Source of the DNA: Mobula hypostoma
Lineage: Eukaryota
Length of the DNA stretch: 64,000 bases
Reading direction: 5' to 3'
Assembly: GCF_963921235.1 (NCBI RefSeq)
Contig: NC_086118.1
Span: 13,394,001 to 13,458,000, forward strand
Shown here: positions 24,872 to 38,054 of the stretch, one piece after another
How the letters are laid out: each line of letters opens with the position of its first letter
Numbering within the stretch: the first letter of the stretch is position 1
Translations under genes and position numbers: made by a program
The notes under the pieces: model-generated
Databases searched by the model: none
Seen by the model: only the letters and a program-made list of their open reading frames with translations
Told to the model about the DNA's origin: nothing

Positions 24872-25759
24872 ATGCCCACTCTTACCAACCCACCCACCCT
24901 CCTTTCCTACACCTGTGGAAAATGTGTCCAGTTTCAGCTTCTGAAGGACCGTGTTGCAGCACTGGTGAGGCAACTGGAAGACCTTCGGTTCATCCGGGAA
25001 AACGAGAGTTTTCTGGACAGGACCTACAGTGAGGTCGTTACACCAAGGATACTGGAAGAGAGAAGCGGGGTGACGATGAGCAAGGAAAGGATGCTTGAAG
25101 TACAGGAGACCCCGGGGGATGTGCCTCTCGTAAACAGGTTCACCCTCTTGGAAGCTGTCGGGACAGAAGATGATGCCAGCCTGAGAGGCGGTCAGGTCTG
25201 CGAGTCAACAATTGGCGCTGAACCAAAGCCGAGGAGACAGACGTCAGGCAGTGCCGTGGTAGTAGGGGACTCCATAGTGAGAGGTACAGAAAGGGGTTTC
25301 TGTGGCAACAGGCAAGATTTAAGGATGGTGTGTTGCCTCCCTGGTGCCGGGATCCAGGATGTCACGGACCAATTGCAGGGAATCCTCAAGAGTGAAGGTG
25401 AACATCCGGAAGTGGTGGTGCATGTCGGCACAAATGACATGGGGAAGAAGAGGAAAGACATTCTACAGCGCGACTTCAGAGAACTTAGAAGAAGGCTGAA
25501 AAGCAGGACTTCCAGGGTGGTTATCTCTGGTTTGCTTCCAGTTCCTCGTGCTGGAGTGGGTAAGAACAGGGAGATAATGGATCTGAATGTGTGGCCGAGG
25601 AACTGGTGCAGGAAGCAAGGATTTACATTCTTGGACCATTGGGGTATGTTTCGGCGTAAGGATGAATTGTACAAAAGGAACGGGTTGCAGCTTAATAAGC
25701 GGGGCACCAGCATTCTGACAGGCAGATTTGCCTCTGCAACACGGGTGTGTTTAAACTAA
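24872..25759 (+). pseudogene. CR1 ORF1 remnant: half zinc finger, coiled coil, SGNH/GDSL esterase
   Basis: YTCGKC, VVGDSIVRG, CLPGA, HVGTND. The catalytic DxxH block reads NGLQ. The first ~11 codons come from flanking Penelope sequence. Confidence 0.85.
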
Positions 25760-28700
25760 GTAGTGGGGGTTGGGGACGAACTGGAAATATAAGGATGGAG
25801 ATAAAGGGAAAGTGAGAATAAGAAAAGTTAAGAAAGACAGCAGAATCAACAGAGCAGAAAGCTCAAGAGGGGATCGTACAGTTTGGCCAAGTGAAATAGG
25901 AATTGATATGGGATGTGAGGGGAGTAATGAATTAGAAGTATTGTATATGAATGCACGGAGTATAAGAAATAAAGTGGACGAGCTTGAGGCACAGTTGGAA
26001 ATTGGTAAGTGTGATGTTGTGGGAATAACAGAGACATGGCTTCAAGGGACAGGGCCTGGGAAATGAATATTCAATGGCACATGTCCTATCGAAAGGACAG
26101 ACTGATGGGCAGAGGGGGTGGGGTGGCTCTGTTGGTGAAGAATGATATTCAGTCCCTTGTGAGGGGGGCATAGAATCAGGAGACGTAGAGTCAGTATGGA
26201 TAGAACTGAGAAATTCTAGGGGTAGAAAGACCCTAATGGGAGTTATCTACAGGCCCCCAAACAGTAGTCTGGATGTAGGGTATAAGTTGAATCAAGAGTT
26301 AAAATTGGCATGTCGTAAAGGTAATGCTACAGTTGTTATGGGGACTTCAACATGCAGGTAGACTGGAGGAATCAGGTTGGTGCTGGACCCCAAGAAAGGG
26401 AGTTTGTGGACTCCCCTCCGAGATGGATTCTCAGAACAGCTTGTGCTGGAGTCTACCAGAGAGAATGCAATTCTAGATTTAGTGTTGTGCAATGAACCGG
26501 ATTTGATCAAGGACCCCGAGGTAAAGGAGCCATTAGGAGGTAGTGACCATAATATGAGAAGTTTTAATCTACAATTTGAGAGGGAGAACGGAAACTCGGA
26601 AGTGTCAGTATTACAGTTGAACAAAGGGAACTATGATGCTATGAGGGAGGAGCTGGCCAAAGTTCAATGGAACAATACCCTAGCAGGGATGACAGTGGAA
26701 CAGCAATGACAAGTGTTTCTGGGAATAATGCGGAAGGTGTAGGATCAGTTCGTTCCAAAGAGGAAGAAAGATCCTAAGGGGAGTAAGGGGAGGCCGTGGC
26801 TGACAAGGGAAGTAACGGACAGTATAAAAATAAAAGAGAAGAAGTATAACATAGCAAAGACAAGTGGGAAGCTGGAGGATTGGGAAACTTTTAAAGAGAA
26901 ACAGAAGGTAACTAAAAAGGCAATACACAGAGAAAAAATGAGGTACGAAGGTAAACTAGCCAAGAATATAAAGGAGGATAGTAAAAGCTTCCTTAGGTAT
27001 GTGAAAAGGAAAAAAATAGTTAAGACCAAAATTGGGCCCTTGAAGACAGAAACGGGTGAATTTATTATGGGGAACAAGGAAATGGCAAACGAGTTGAACA
27101 GGTACTTTGGATTTCTCTTCACTAGGGAAGACACAAACAATCTCCCAGATATAAGAGTGGCCAAAGGACCTAGGGTAATGGATGAACTGAAGGAAGTTTA
27201 TATTAGCCAGGAAAGGGTGTTGGATAGACTGTTGGGTCTGAAGGCTGATAAGTCCCCAGGACCTGATTGTCTGCATCCCAAGGTACTTAAGGAGGTGGCT
27301 TTGGAAATCATGGACTCATTGGTAATCATTTTCCAATGTTCTATAGATCCAGGATCAGTTCCTGTAGATTGGAGGGTGGCTAATGTTGTCTCTCTCTTCA
27401 AGAAGGGAGGAAGAGAGAAAACAGGGAATTATAGACCGGTTAGCCTGACGTCAGTGGTGGGAAAGACGCTGGAGTCAATTATAAAAGATGAAATTACGAT
27501 GCATCTGGATAGCAGTGACAGGATTGGTCCAAGTCAGCATGGATTTACGTAGGGGAAATCGTGCTTGACTAATCTTCTGGAATTTTTTGAGGATGTAACT
27601 ATGAAAATGGACACGGGAGATCCAGTAGATGTAGTGTACCTGAACTTTCAGAAAGTCTTTGATAAAGTCCCACATAGGAGATTAGTGGGCAAAGTTAGGG
27701 CACATGGTATTGGGGGCAGAGTACTGACATGGATTTAAAATTGGCTGACTGACAGGAAACAAAGAGTAGCGATTAATGGGTCCCTTTCGGAATGGCAGGC
27801 AGTGACCAGTGGGGTACCGCAGGGTTCAGTGCTGGGACCACAGCTGCCTACAACATATATTAATGATTTAGATAAGGGAATTAAAAGTAACATTAGAAAA
27901 TTTGCCGATGACACAAAGCTGCGTGGCAGTGTGAAATGTGAGGAGGATGTTATGAGAATGCAGGGTGACTTGAACAGGCTGGGTGAGTGGGCAGATGCAT
28001 GGCAGATGCAGTTTAATGTGGATAAATGTGAGGCTATCCACTTTGGTAGTAAGAACAGGAAGGCAGATTATTATCTAAATGGAGTCAAGTTAGGAAAAGG
28101 GGAAGTACAATGAGATCTAGGTGTTCTTGTACATCAGTCACTGAAAGCAAGCATGCAAGTACAGCAGGCAGTGAAGAAAGCTAATGGCATGCTGGCCTTC
28201 ATAACAAGGGGAATTGAGTATAAGAGCAAAGAGGTCCTTCTGCAGCTGTACAGGGCCCTGGTGAGACCACATCTGGAGTACTGTGTGCAGTTTTGGTCTC
28301 CAAATTTGAGGAAGGACATTCTTGCTATTGAGGGATTGCAGCATAGGTTCACAAGGTTAATTCCCGGGATGGCGGGACTGTCATATGTCAAAAGATTGAA
28401 GCGACTAGGCTTGTATACTCTGGAATTTAGAAGGCTGAGAGGGGATCTTATTGAAACATATAAGATTATTAAGGGATTGGACACGCTGGAGGCAGGAAGC
28501 ATGTTCCCGCTGATGGGTGAGTCCAGAACCAGAGGCCACAGTTTAAGAATAAGGGGTAGGCCATTTGGAACGGAGCTGAGGAAAAACTTTTTCACCCAGA
28601 GAGTGGTGGATGTACGGAATGCTCTGCCCCAGAAGGCTGTGGGGGCCAAGTCTCTGATGCTTTCAAGAAAGAGATGGATAGAGCTCTTAAAATATAGCGG

Positions 28701-28838
28701 AATCAAAGTTTATGGGGATAAGGCAGGAACTGGATACTGATTGTGGATGATCAGCCATGATCACAGTAAATGGCGGTGCTGGCTCGAAGGGCTGAATGGC
28801 CTACTGCTGTACCTATTGTCTATTGTCTGTTGTCTATT
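24907..28838 (+). mobile_element. Near full-length CR1 LINE (5'-truncated within ORF1; ORF2 disrupted)
   Basis: ORF1 is an SGNH esterase. ORF2 has APE motifs (YMNARSI, GITETW, SDH), RT motifs ([22 protein letters not shown]) and the CR1 C-terminus (LVRPHLEYCVQFWSP). It ends in a (CTATTGT)n-type tail. Confidence 0.93.
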
Positions 28839-29091
28839 CTCCATTTCCCATCCCCTTTTCCCCTCTCTCACCAGTCAACTTCCCAGCTCTTTACTTTATC
28901 CCTCCCCCTCCAAGATTCACCTATCACCTGGTGGTTCTCTCTCCCCTCCCCCACCTTTTAAATCTACTCCTCAGCTTTTTCTCCTCCAGTCCTGCCAAAG
29001 GGTTTCAGGCTGAAACATCGACTGTACTTTTTTTCCATAGATGCTGCATGGCCTGCTGAGTTCTTTCAGCATTTTGTGTGTGTTGCACAAA

Positions 29092-29515
29092 TATAGAGGC
29101 TTCTGGTTAATTGGGCCATTAGTTACTTGGGGCAGCCACTTATTTGGGAGGACTTTTAAAGACAGAAACTAATCGGAAAAAATTGCCCGGATTCCCTTTG
29201 TTTATTTGGGATACTGTGCTGCTTAATTGGGGCAAAAGACTGTTACTGCACAGGTTCTTACTACTGTCAGTCATGGGCAACTGTGTGGCCGCTAGATGCT
29301 ACACTGTGCATAGAGTGAACAGTTTTTAAAGAGCATCAGTTGTGTGTGTTTGTGTTCCAAAAGCAGTGATTTTTGTCACTGACAGTTGGCGAGAAATAAG
29401 CAGTAAGACAATTCTGAACTGCTTTGCTCATTGAGGTTTCAAGCATTCAGGGCTGTGTGAAAGTTAAATGATTTCATCATTTCAACAAGCTAGAAGCTAT
29501 GAAGAATTTGAAAGC
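29092..29515 (+). mobile_element. Tigger-like DNA transposon fragment
   Basis: Terminal-like ttctggttaattgggcc repeats and a transposase C-terminal remnant TILNCFAH*GFKHSG. Confidence 0.55.
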
Positions 29516-32500
29516 ATCTGTTGTGTCTCTTGGGTGGCGCTCTGTTTCCATCAGGATAGCATCTTTGGACCTGTGGAGTGGCATCAGGTTTGGGTGGTGT
29601 CTTGTCAAAGACATCTTTCTCTGGTGCAGGTGTCACTTTACTATCAGTTACATGATCATCACTAAGAGGCAATCTAGTGGCTGTAGTGAGTCCATTTTGT
29701 TGGATGTGGCTGACTCAGGTGTGTTCTTCTATCGAATATCCAGTATCTGGTCCACATGACGTCTCCATGTCTGATCTCCAACATCCACTGTGTCCATCAG
29801 TGGTTCAGTTCCTGTCGGTATCCTACTAGGTGTCCACTTGTTTTCTCAGTAATCAGATGCTATGACTTCCTGTCCAACTTTGAAGCTCCTTGCTGATTTA
29901 TTTGGCAACTGGCTGAACGGTTTATTCTGCACTTCCCTCTGTAGACCTGGTTTCATGAAGTCCATGCGAGATCTCAGATTCCTGCTCATAAGCAGCATTG
30001 CAGGTGTTTGATTTGTCATTGCTTGAACAGAGTTCTGATACACAAAAAGGAAGTTGTCCACCTTGTGCTGTAGAGAAATGTCCTCCTTCTCCATCCCTTT
30101 AATGGCCTTCTGAAAGGTTTGGATAAACCTTTCAGCTAACCCATTCATTGCTGGATGGAGAGAAGCTGGCTTGAAATATTTGATGTAATTTTTCTTCATG
30201 AATAGTTTAAACTCTTTTGACATGTATTGTGGTTCGCTGTCACTCACAATTGTTCAGGTAAGCCATTTCTGGAAAAGGTAGGCTTCAGAGCAGAAGCAGT
30301 CTTCTCTGATGTAATTGATTTTATTGGTATGACATCAGGCCGTTTTGAATGAGCATCCACACAGCAATCAGAACCACGGAGTTTATGAATGGCCCAGCAA
30401 AATGAATTTGCACTCTCTGCCATGATGAAGACACCCACTCCCACTGGTGTAATGGTGCCTGCAGGAGTGCATTTTGAGTGTTGAGGCATCCCGGACAGCT
30501 TTTGGTCAAGTCTTCAATCTGTTTATCTATTCCCAGCCACCACGCACAGTCCTGGGCAATACTTTTCATCTTGACTCTACCCAGGTATCCTTCATGCAGT
30601 TTAACACTCCGGTGCACAGTTTAGAGGGAATCACAACACGGGATCCACATATCAGGGTTCTTTGACATACAGACAGTTAATCTCATCTCACTGAGAACTC
30701 TGGAAACACAAGATTACCATGAGCTGGCCATTCCTGCATGGTGATTTCATAGACTTCTGACAATGTTGCGTTATTCTTTATTTCTCTTTGTATTTCAGAA
30801 TTTGCTACCGGCAACTGGCCAACCAATGCTGTGTGGAACACTTCTGCTGGATCACAATATGAAGAATTTTCATCTTCAGTTTCCAAAAGTGGAAGATGTG
30901 ACAAGTCATCAGCCTGGCTGTGTTGTTTGGTACTCTTGAACTCAATGTCATAAATAGGGCCCCAAGGAAAAGTGCCCAACGTTGCAAGCGAGTAGCAGGT
31001 ACCACTTGGACTCCCATGGACACAAGGGGTTGGTGTCTGTCATAAGAGGAAACTTTTGTCTGTAGAGGTAGTGGTGGAACTTCTTTAGTCCCCATACTAG
31101 ACTAAGGGCTCTTCAGTCAATCTGTACGCAATCGCATTCTGTGCTCAGCAGTGACCTTGAAGCCAATGCAATTGGACATTCAGATCTATCTTTCCTAGTG
31201 TGTGACAAAAGGGCACCAATAGCATAAGGGAACACATCACACTCCAGTCTGATGGGCAGAGATGGGTCATAATGAGTGAGCAGTTCATCCGATGAATCTT
31301 TGTTTCCATGAATGCTCTTTCACATCTTTCTGACCATTCCCACTTTGCTCCTGTCTGCAGCAGTGCATCCAATGGATGCAGCACTGTAGCAAGATTCGGG
31401 AGAAACTCGTGGTAATAGTTAACAAGGTCAAAGTATGACCTGAGCTGTTTTCCTGTTTGGGTGCCCGCAGCACTGCTTCAGTCTCCTCTTGTGACTTATG
31501 TAAGCCATGCTTGTCAATGACATGTCCACAATATGAGATTTCATTCTTGAAACATTTATACTTCACTCTCCTTGCATGCAAACCATTCTCACTCATCCTG
31601 GTAAGCACTTCACCAAGGTTGTGGAGGTGATCTTCATCATTCTTGCCAGGTACATTGTGTTCTTGGGATAACTTAGAGCACTTGGTCCATTGTTCTTTGC
31701 CAAATTGCCGGAGCTGATACCAAAAATAAGAGGAATATACTGGAACAATCACTTATGAACGTTCATTGTGAAGAATTTCCTGCTTGACTCCTCACTCTCC
31801 ATTTGCAAATAGGCTTGTGACAAGTCAGTCTTTGAAAACTTCTCTCTGCCTACCAAAGATGCAAATGTCTTCTATTCGATATGCAGCACAGATTTGATGC
31901 TCACTTTGAATCCCTACATATGTAGAAAGCTCTAGCCTTCCCTTTCTTGATCACTGGGACAATGGACGTGGCCCAATAGCTCCACTCAGCCTCGGAGAGA
32001 ATGCCAGACACCCCCAAGCTCTGAAGTTCAGCAACCACTTTAGGACGTAGTGCATAAAGCACTGGATGCTCTTAGGGAATCTTGGTGTTGCTGCATCATC
32101 CAGTTCAATTCTGGCCTTCATACCTTGAGTTTACCAATACCCGTCTCAAACATTTTCTCATAAGCATTAAGCAACTGTGACCGTCTCTGGCTAGTGCAAC
32201 TATTTGGTTTGCAGTTGTCTGTTAATGACACACTGCGAGCTTTGACTGAGTGCCAGTCTAGTTGGAGTTTTGAACCATTCACATCCAAAATGTCCAGCCC
32301 TTCCATTTTTCGATACATAAATCTTAAACTGCTGTATTTTACCTCTCTACATCAGATTCTTTTTTCAGTTTGCATTTGGGAGACACTTTTTCGCCTGTAT
32401 AGGTCTTTAGCACCACTGAGGTCTTCTCTAAAGGTAGCTTAGAAAACAGTCTATTGTGGTCAACCTTTGAAATTATAGACAAATAATAAATTATTTTGCT

Positions 32501-33780
32501 ATATCTAGCTGCATTTTCAGTTTTGCATCGGACATATCTATTGTGATCTGCTTCAGTAAGGCTGCGCAGTTCTAGGCATGACAGCTTACCTTTGTCAGGC
32601 TCTGTGTTGTCTGATTCAATTTCACATTCAGTTACTTTATGCATTTGTCTGGTTTTGTGTGTGAAATCAGGTCATCTAGGGAAAAATAGCCTCTGGCCCT
32701 GCCAAACTGGGAAATCCCGTTTGTGTGGATGCTGTGTGATGTGTTGCCCAGTTACAAACCCACACCACTAAACATCAAACAGTACACAATATGGGATTAA
32801 AGGATTGCACTTTATAATTCTCCGTTTCACTATATGGTTAGTAAAGAAACAAAAAAAAAGAAAAGGGCCCATTCTCATGAACAGTCTATTGTGCAACGAT
32901 GGAGCTCACTGTTCATTCATTTGTTCCCGTTGACCACCGAGCGTAGCCGGCCCTTGCTCCTCAGTCCACTCCGTCCGGTGGTCTACCAACACTCTCCATT
33001 CAAGCCATCTCTCTCCATCGCTTCCCGACGGAAAAATCCAAAAAATTCCCAGCTCCCAGACACACAAGAAGGAACCACATCCCCTCATTGGCTAACATGC
33101 CCTGTTATCTCTAGTCATAACTCAAACATTGCTGCTAATGAGAAACTATTATCTTAGCAGTGGAACATTACATAGAAGCCACTACATTAGCCTTAGCAGT
33201 GAAACCTTACAGCATGTTACAACTTTTCACTTGGTATGATTTTTCTCTTTGGTTGTGCTTTTTGACTGACGCATACTCTCTCTATGTAGCCTTGTCTGTG
33301 ACACTTTCTGCAAGCTTTTTCTTTGAACCAACAGTCATTTGCATCATACAAGGATTTACTACATTGATACCACTTTAGCTTTTTGCACCATTCAGGGACA
33401 TCTTGTGTGTTTCACATTCTAAATTCTTTTTCTCTAGTTCTGCTGCATCCTTTGCTGCAGTCTCTTACTGTTTTGCAACGGTCAGTACCTGTTCTAAGGT
33501 CAGGTCTCTTTTGGACAGTAGCCTCTTTTGAGTGTTCTGGCTATGCATGCCAGGTACAAGCCTGTCTCTTGATGCATCAGAAAGTCCATCTTTTAGTCAC
33601 AGTATGGGAAAGGTTTGCACAATTCTGCAATGTATTCAGAAATGCTTTCATCCTGGTTCCTTTTGTGAAATATAAATCTCTCAGCTATTACTAGCGGCTT
33701 AGTGCTCAAGTTATTTTGAAAAATTGCAACATGCAATTTTGAAACATTCCAAAATTGTCAAATAGTTTACTTCTGCTTCT
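29500..33780 (-). mobile_element. Degenerate Gypsy internal region (gag, PR, RT, RH, IN)
   Basis: Gag KPLVIAERFIFHKRNQ and knuckle CRKCHRQGYIERVC, RT ISYCGHVIDKHGLH, RLQRWALFL, integrase HPAMNGLAERFIQTFQ. Many stops and frameshifts. Confidence 0.88.
32660..33211. mobile_element. Putative solo LTR inserted between Gypsy gag and protease
   Basis: A ~550-bp TGT...ACA-bounded block interrupts otherwise continuous gag sequence. No TSD is evident. Confidence 0.55.
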
Positions 33781-33789
33781 CTATCTTAT

Positions 33790-34963
33790 GGTATTAAGAA
33801 GCAACGATTCTTTGCCTGGCAAAGCTGACTCATCCAACTGCAGAGCAAATTCTGTTGTCTGAAGTATGCTCCATAATATTTCTTCCACATTCTCAGATAT
33901 TTCACCCATCCATATTTGAAATTAGTTGTTGCGGAGTGGAATCACTTTAGTTATTTGCTCTGATAACTTATGCAAAATCGTACTCAAAACCTTCCTTGCT
34001 GCTGGCATAATCAGTTCTTCTCCAATTGTATGGCACTATTCAAATTTAGCAATGAGCACTGAAATCTACGAAGCATGCATACCTGCACTGTTCTGTTGTG
34101 AAGTGCTGGCAAACATGTTTTGAAGTGTTTTTCATTTCTAAAGGTTTCACGAAGTGTGTATTCTCTTGAAATGCTGAAGGCGCCTGGGCAATTTCATTGT
34201 CTCCTTTGAAAACAAAACTTTTTTTCCACAGAAGACACACTGGCTGCTGCTGGTTGCTGGGTTCTGGCTTTAAATCCATATTTCAGATGTTCCACACTAC
34301 ATTGCCTACAATTCTTTTTTATTTGGTCTGCTTCTGCCATTTTCATTATGGCTTAACAACCATGGTTAATTATCTATTGACATCATAGCGCAGCCAAAAC
34401 TGTCCCTCTGTCGAAAGGTACATAAAGAGGAACAACAATATCTCAGTGGGCTGTATACTAGGAAAATGCAGTCAAGACCTTACAAAATGGCAGATTCTGA
34501 ATTTTACTCATTTTACGCCATGCCCTAATTCAGAGGAATTACATCAGTGCATGATTAGAGGATGGGATTCATAGCAGCCAACACTGTACTATAGAAGTAA
34601 ACAACAATAACGTGTGGGCTGGGCCCAGAAATAATATGATTTCTTCAGTCCAGATTTCTCATGTTACTCTAAATACAGAAGTGTTGCATTGCTTTTCAAC
34701 AATGCACTTTATAATGCACTTTGAGCAAAGTCTAGGAGAATAGCAAAAGATGAGGTGATGACATGATTATTGTAATCAGTTATGGGACACTGAGGATCAA
34801 AAGCTTATAGGAAGTAATTCATTTCCTAAATTAAACCTGTAATCCCTCAGCTGTTCCCCTTGCTACTGAGCGCCCCTCCACTGCCCCCTTTTATTTTTAT
34901 CACCACCTCAGAAATTCCCACCACCCCCAGGGGGAGCTAAATTGCCCACTTTGGGAGCCATTG
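33790..34963 (-). mobile_element. hAT-Charlie/Buster transposon, 5' part with transposase pseudogene
   Basis: TIR-like CAATGGCTCCCAAAGTGGG at 34963. Minus-strand peptides KKNCRQCSVEHLKYGF, QPVCLL, HTIGEELIMPAARKVL, IPLRNN and EFALQLDES are typical of Charlie/ZBED5-type transposases. Confidence 0.82.
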
Positions 34964-35094
34964 CAGCAGATACAACAGAGACACTGGCCCTTCAGCCCAG
35001 TGCATTCTCCCTGACCACAAAGTACCCATTTTTATACACTCAAACCAAACCTGCTTTATTCTCCTCAGAATTCTACCCTCCCAGTTTCTACCAC

Positions 35095-35305
35095 TGAACT
35101 ACAAACCAGGATTAAATTACTGTGTCAGATTAATACGCAAACCTGCTCACTTCTGTGATGTGGGAGGAAACTAGAGCAGCTAGATGAAACTAGAGTCATC
35201 ATTTGGAGAAAATATCAGCTTCACACAGAGCGCCCGAGTAAGGATTAAACCTGGTCACTGGAGCTGTGAGACAGCAGCTGTACCAGATGCACTCTGTGTC
35301 ACCTA
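35095..35305 (-). mobile_element. tRNA-derived V-SINE (HE1-like), degenerate
   Basis: Minus strand carries the V-domain-like GCTGCTCTAGTTTCCTCCCACATCAC downstream of a B-box-like GGTTTAATCC. Confidence 0.6.
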
Positions 35306-35334
35306 CGACCTGAAACACTGCTAAGTCTAGATAA

Positions 35335-37960
35335 CATCATAAGGCACAGGAGCAGAAACAGGCCATTCAGCCCTTCAGTTCTGCTTTTCCATTCCACAAT
35401 GCCTGGTTTCCTGCCTCTCAACTCCATTCTCCTGCCTTCTCCCCATAATCTTTGACACCCTGATTAATCAAGAGCCCACCAACCTCCACCTTAAATATAC
35501 CCAATGGTTTGGTATGCACCGTCATCTATGCCGATGAATTCCACAGATTCTCCAGTCTTTGGCTAAAGAAATTTTTCCATATCTGTGTTCTAAATGGGCA
35601 TCCCTCAATTTTGAGGCTGTGGCCTCTGGTCCTAGATTATTCCACTATAGGAAACATGCTCTCCACATCTAATTTTTCCAGACCTTTCAGTATTTTATAG
35701 GTTACAATGAGATCCACCCCCATTCCTCTAAACTTCAGTGAGTACAGGCCCAATACCATCAAACACCACTCATATGCAACACTTCTATTCATGGGATCAT
35801 TCTTGTGAAACTCCTCTGGACCTTCTCCAATGCCAAGACATCTTCTCTTAGATAAGGGACAAAAAACTGCTCACCATACTCCATGTGGTCTGACCATTGT
35901 CTTCTGCAGTGAAGACTGATGCAAAATATTTATTCAGTCCATCCACCATTTCCTTGTCCCCCATTACTACCACTCCAGAAACATTTTCTAAAGGTCCCAT
36001 ACACACTCTCACCTCTCTTTTATACTTTCTTCAGATGCATAAACATTTGGTATCCTCTTTAATAATATCGGCTAGCTTACTTTAGTATTCCATCTTTGTC
36101 TTCTTACTGACTTTTTTTGGTTGGCTTCTGTTGGTTTTTAAAAGCTTCCCAATCCTCTAACGTCCAACTAATTTTTGCTCTATTATATGCCCACTCTTTG
36201 GCTTTTATGTTAGCTTTGACTTCTCTCATTAGCCATGGTTGTGTCATGTTTCCTTTAGAATATCTCTTCCTCTTTGGGATGCAAACAGTACATCCTGTCC
36301 CTTCCAAATTCCTTCCAGAAATTCCAACTATTGCTTTTCTTCCGTCATCCCTGCCAGTGTTCTTTTCCAATCAATTCTGGCTCACTCCTCTCTCATGCCT
36401 CTGTGATACCCTTTACTCCTCTGTAATACCGATACATCTGACTTTAGCTTTTCCTTCTCAAATTTCAGAGTGAATTCGATCATATTATGATCACTTGCCC
36501 CTAAGGGTTCTTTTATCTTAAGGTCTCTAATCTATTCTGGTTCATTGCACAACACTGAATCCAAAACAGCTCATCTTCTAGTGGGCTCAACCATGACCTG
36601 CTCCAAAAAGCCATCTCATAGGTACTCTAGAAATTCCCTGTCCAGGAATCCAGCACCACCCTGATTTTCCCAATGTACCTGCATATTGGAATCCCTCATG
36701 ACTATTGTAGCATTGCCATTTGGCATGCATGTTCTATCCCCCGCTGTAATTTGTGGACCACATCCTTACTACTATTTGGGGGTCTGTATACAACCCCCAT
36801 CAGGGTCTTTTTATTCTTTCAGATGCTTAGCTCTATCCACAACATCTTCCAACCCTATGTCATCTCTTTCTACTGATTTGATTTCATTTTTTAACCAGCA
36901 GAGCAACGCCGCCTCCTCTGCCTTCCTGCCTGTCCTTTCAATACAGTGTGTTATCCTTGGACATTACCTTCCCTACTATATACTTCTTTCAGCCGTGATT
37001 CAATGATGACTATAGTATCATACCTGCCAACGTGCAACTGCACTACAGGTTCACTTACCTTATACCAAAGGCTGTGCTCATTCAAATATAACCCCTTCAG
37101 TCCTGTATAAGCCCTTTACAATTTGGTTCACCATTTAAGTTGCCCTATCAACAGCCTCTCCTCACTACTCATTGCGTCCTTTTGTAAACCAGCTACTTCA
37201 TCTTCAACACTATCATCTGCCTTTCCTATGATACGTCTTGTATTGAAATACAGCATAGGCAGCTCAGGACACCAATTGCACCATGCTCAACCTTTTGATT
37301 CATAACTCTGGGTCTAAGTTCATAACAACAATTGTCTCCACAACCAATCTACTATCTGTTCTGGCACTCCGGTTCCCATCCCATTGCAACTCCAGTTTAA
37401 GCCCCACTGGACAGCATTAACAAACCTTCCTTCTAGGATATTAGTCCCCCTCCGGTTCCAGTGCAAAACGTCCCTTCTGTACAGATCCATCCTTCCGTGG
37501 AAAACAGTCCAACGATCCAAAAATCTTATGCTCTCCCTCCTACACCAACTCCTTAGCCATGTATTAAACAGTATAATCTTCCTAGTTCTGACCTTACTAG
37601 CATGTGGCACTGGTAGCAATCCTGAGGTCAAAGTCCTGGAGGTCTTTCCCTTTAACTTAGCACCTAACTCTCAGAACTCCCTCTGCAGAACCTCGTTACT
37701 CAACCTACCCATATCATTGGTACCTACATAGACCATGATGTCTGGCTGTCACCCTCCCACCGAAGAATGCTGAGGACTCGATAGAGATATCCTGGACTCT
37801 GGCACTTGTGAGGCCATCCAGGAATCTCATTCTCACTCACAGAACCTCTCGTACATTCCCACAACTGACGAATCTCCTATCATCACAGTGTGCCTTTTCT
37901 TCACCACCCCCCACCTTCCCTTCTAGTCAGAGTCAGTGCCAGAGACCCAACCACTCTGAT
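35335..37960 (-). mobile_element. Degenerate, internally deleted CR1 LINE
   Basis: ORF1 esterase remnant (SGLLPVP...LYRRDVLH), ORF2 fragments (QPWLMREVKANIKAKE), and a 3' end near 35340. Most of the RT is missing at ~35895. Confidence 0.85.
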
Positions 37961-38054
37961 GTTCCTCTGTCCGCTTAGACAATGGCTGCTGTGATGATGG
38001 CCACTGTGTTTGCCTCTGCTTTCTTTTAATTTGCTCTTACTAATCAATCCCTAG

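Larger units (their letters stand above)
24410..29090 (+). mobile_element. Penelope-derived element with an inverted 3'-end copy at its left end, interrupted by a CR1
   Basis: 24410-24511 is an inverted copy of the 3' end seen at 29020-29090. 24512-24870 is GIY-YIG-region sequence. The element resumes after the CR1 at ~28840. Confidence 0.8.

Noticed and set aside
33790..34345. Domesticated ZBED5/SCAND3-like gene
   Set aside because: It has stops, frameshifts and truncation, and retains a TIR, so it is a transposon fossil.
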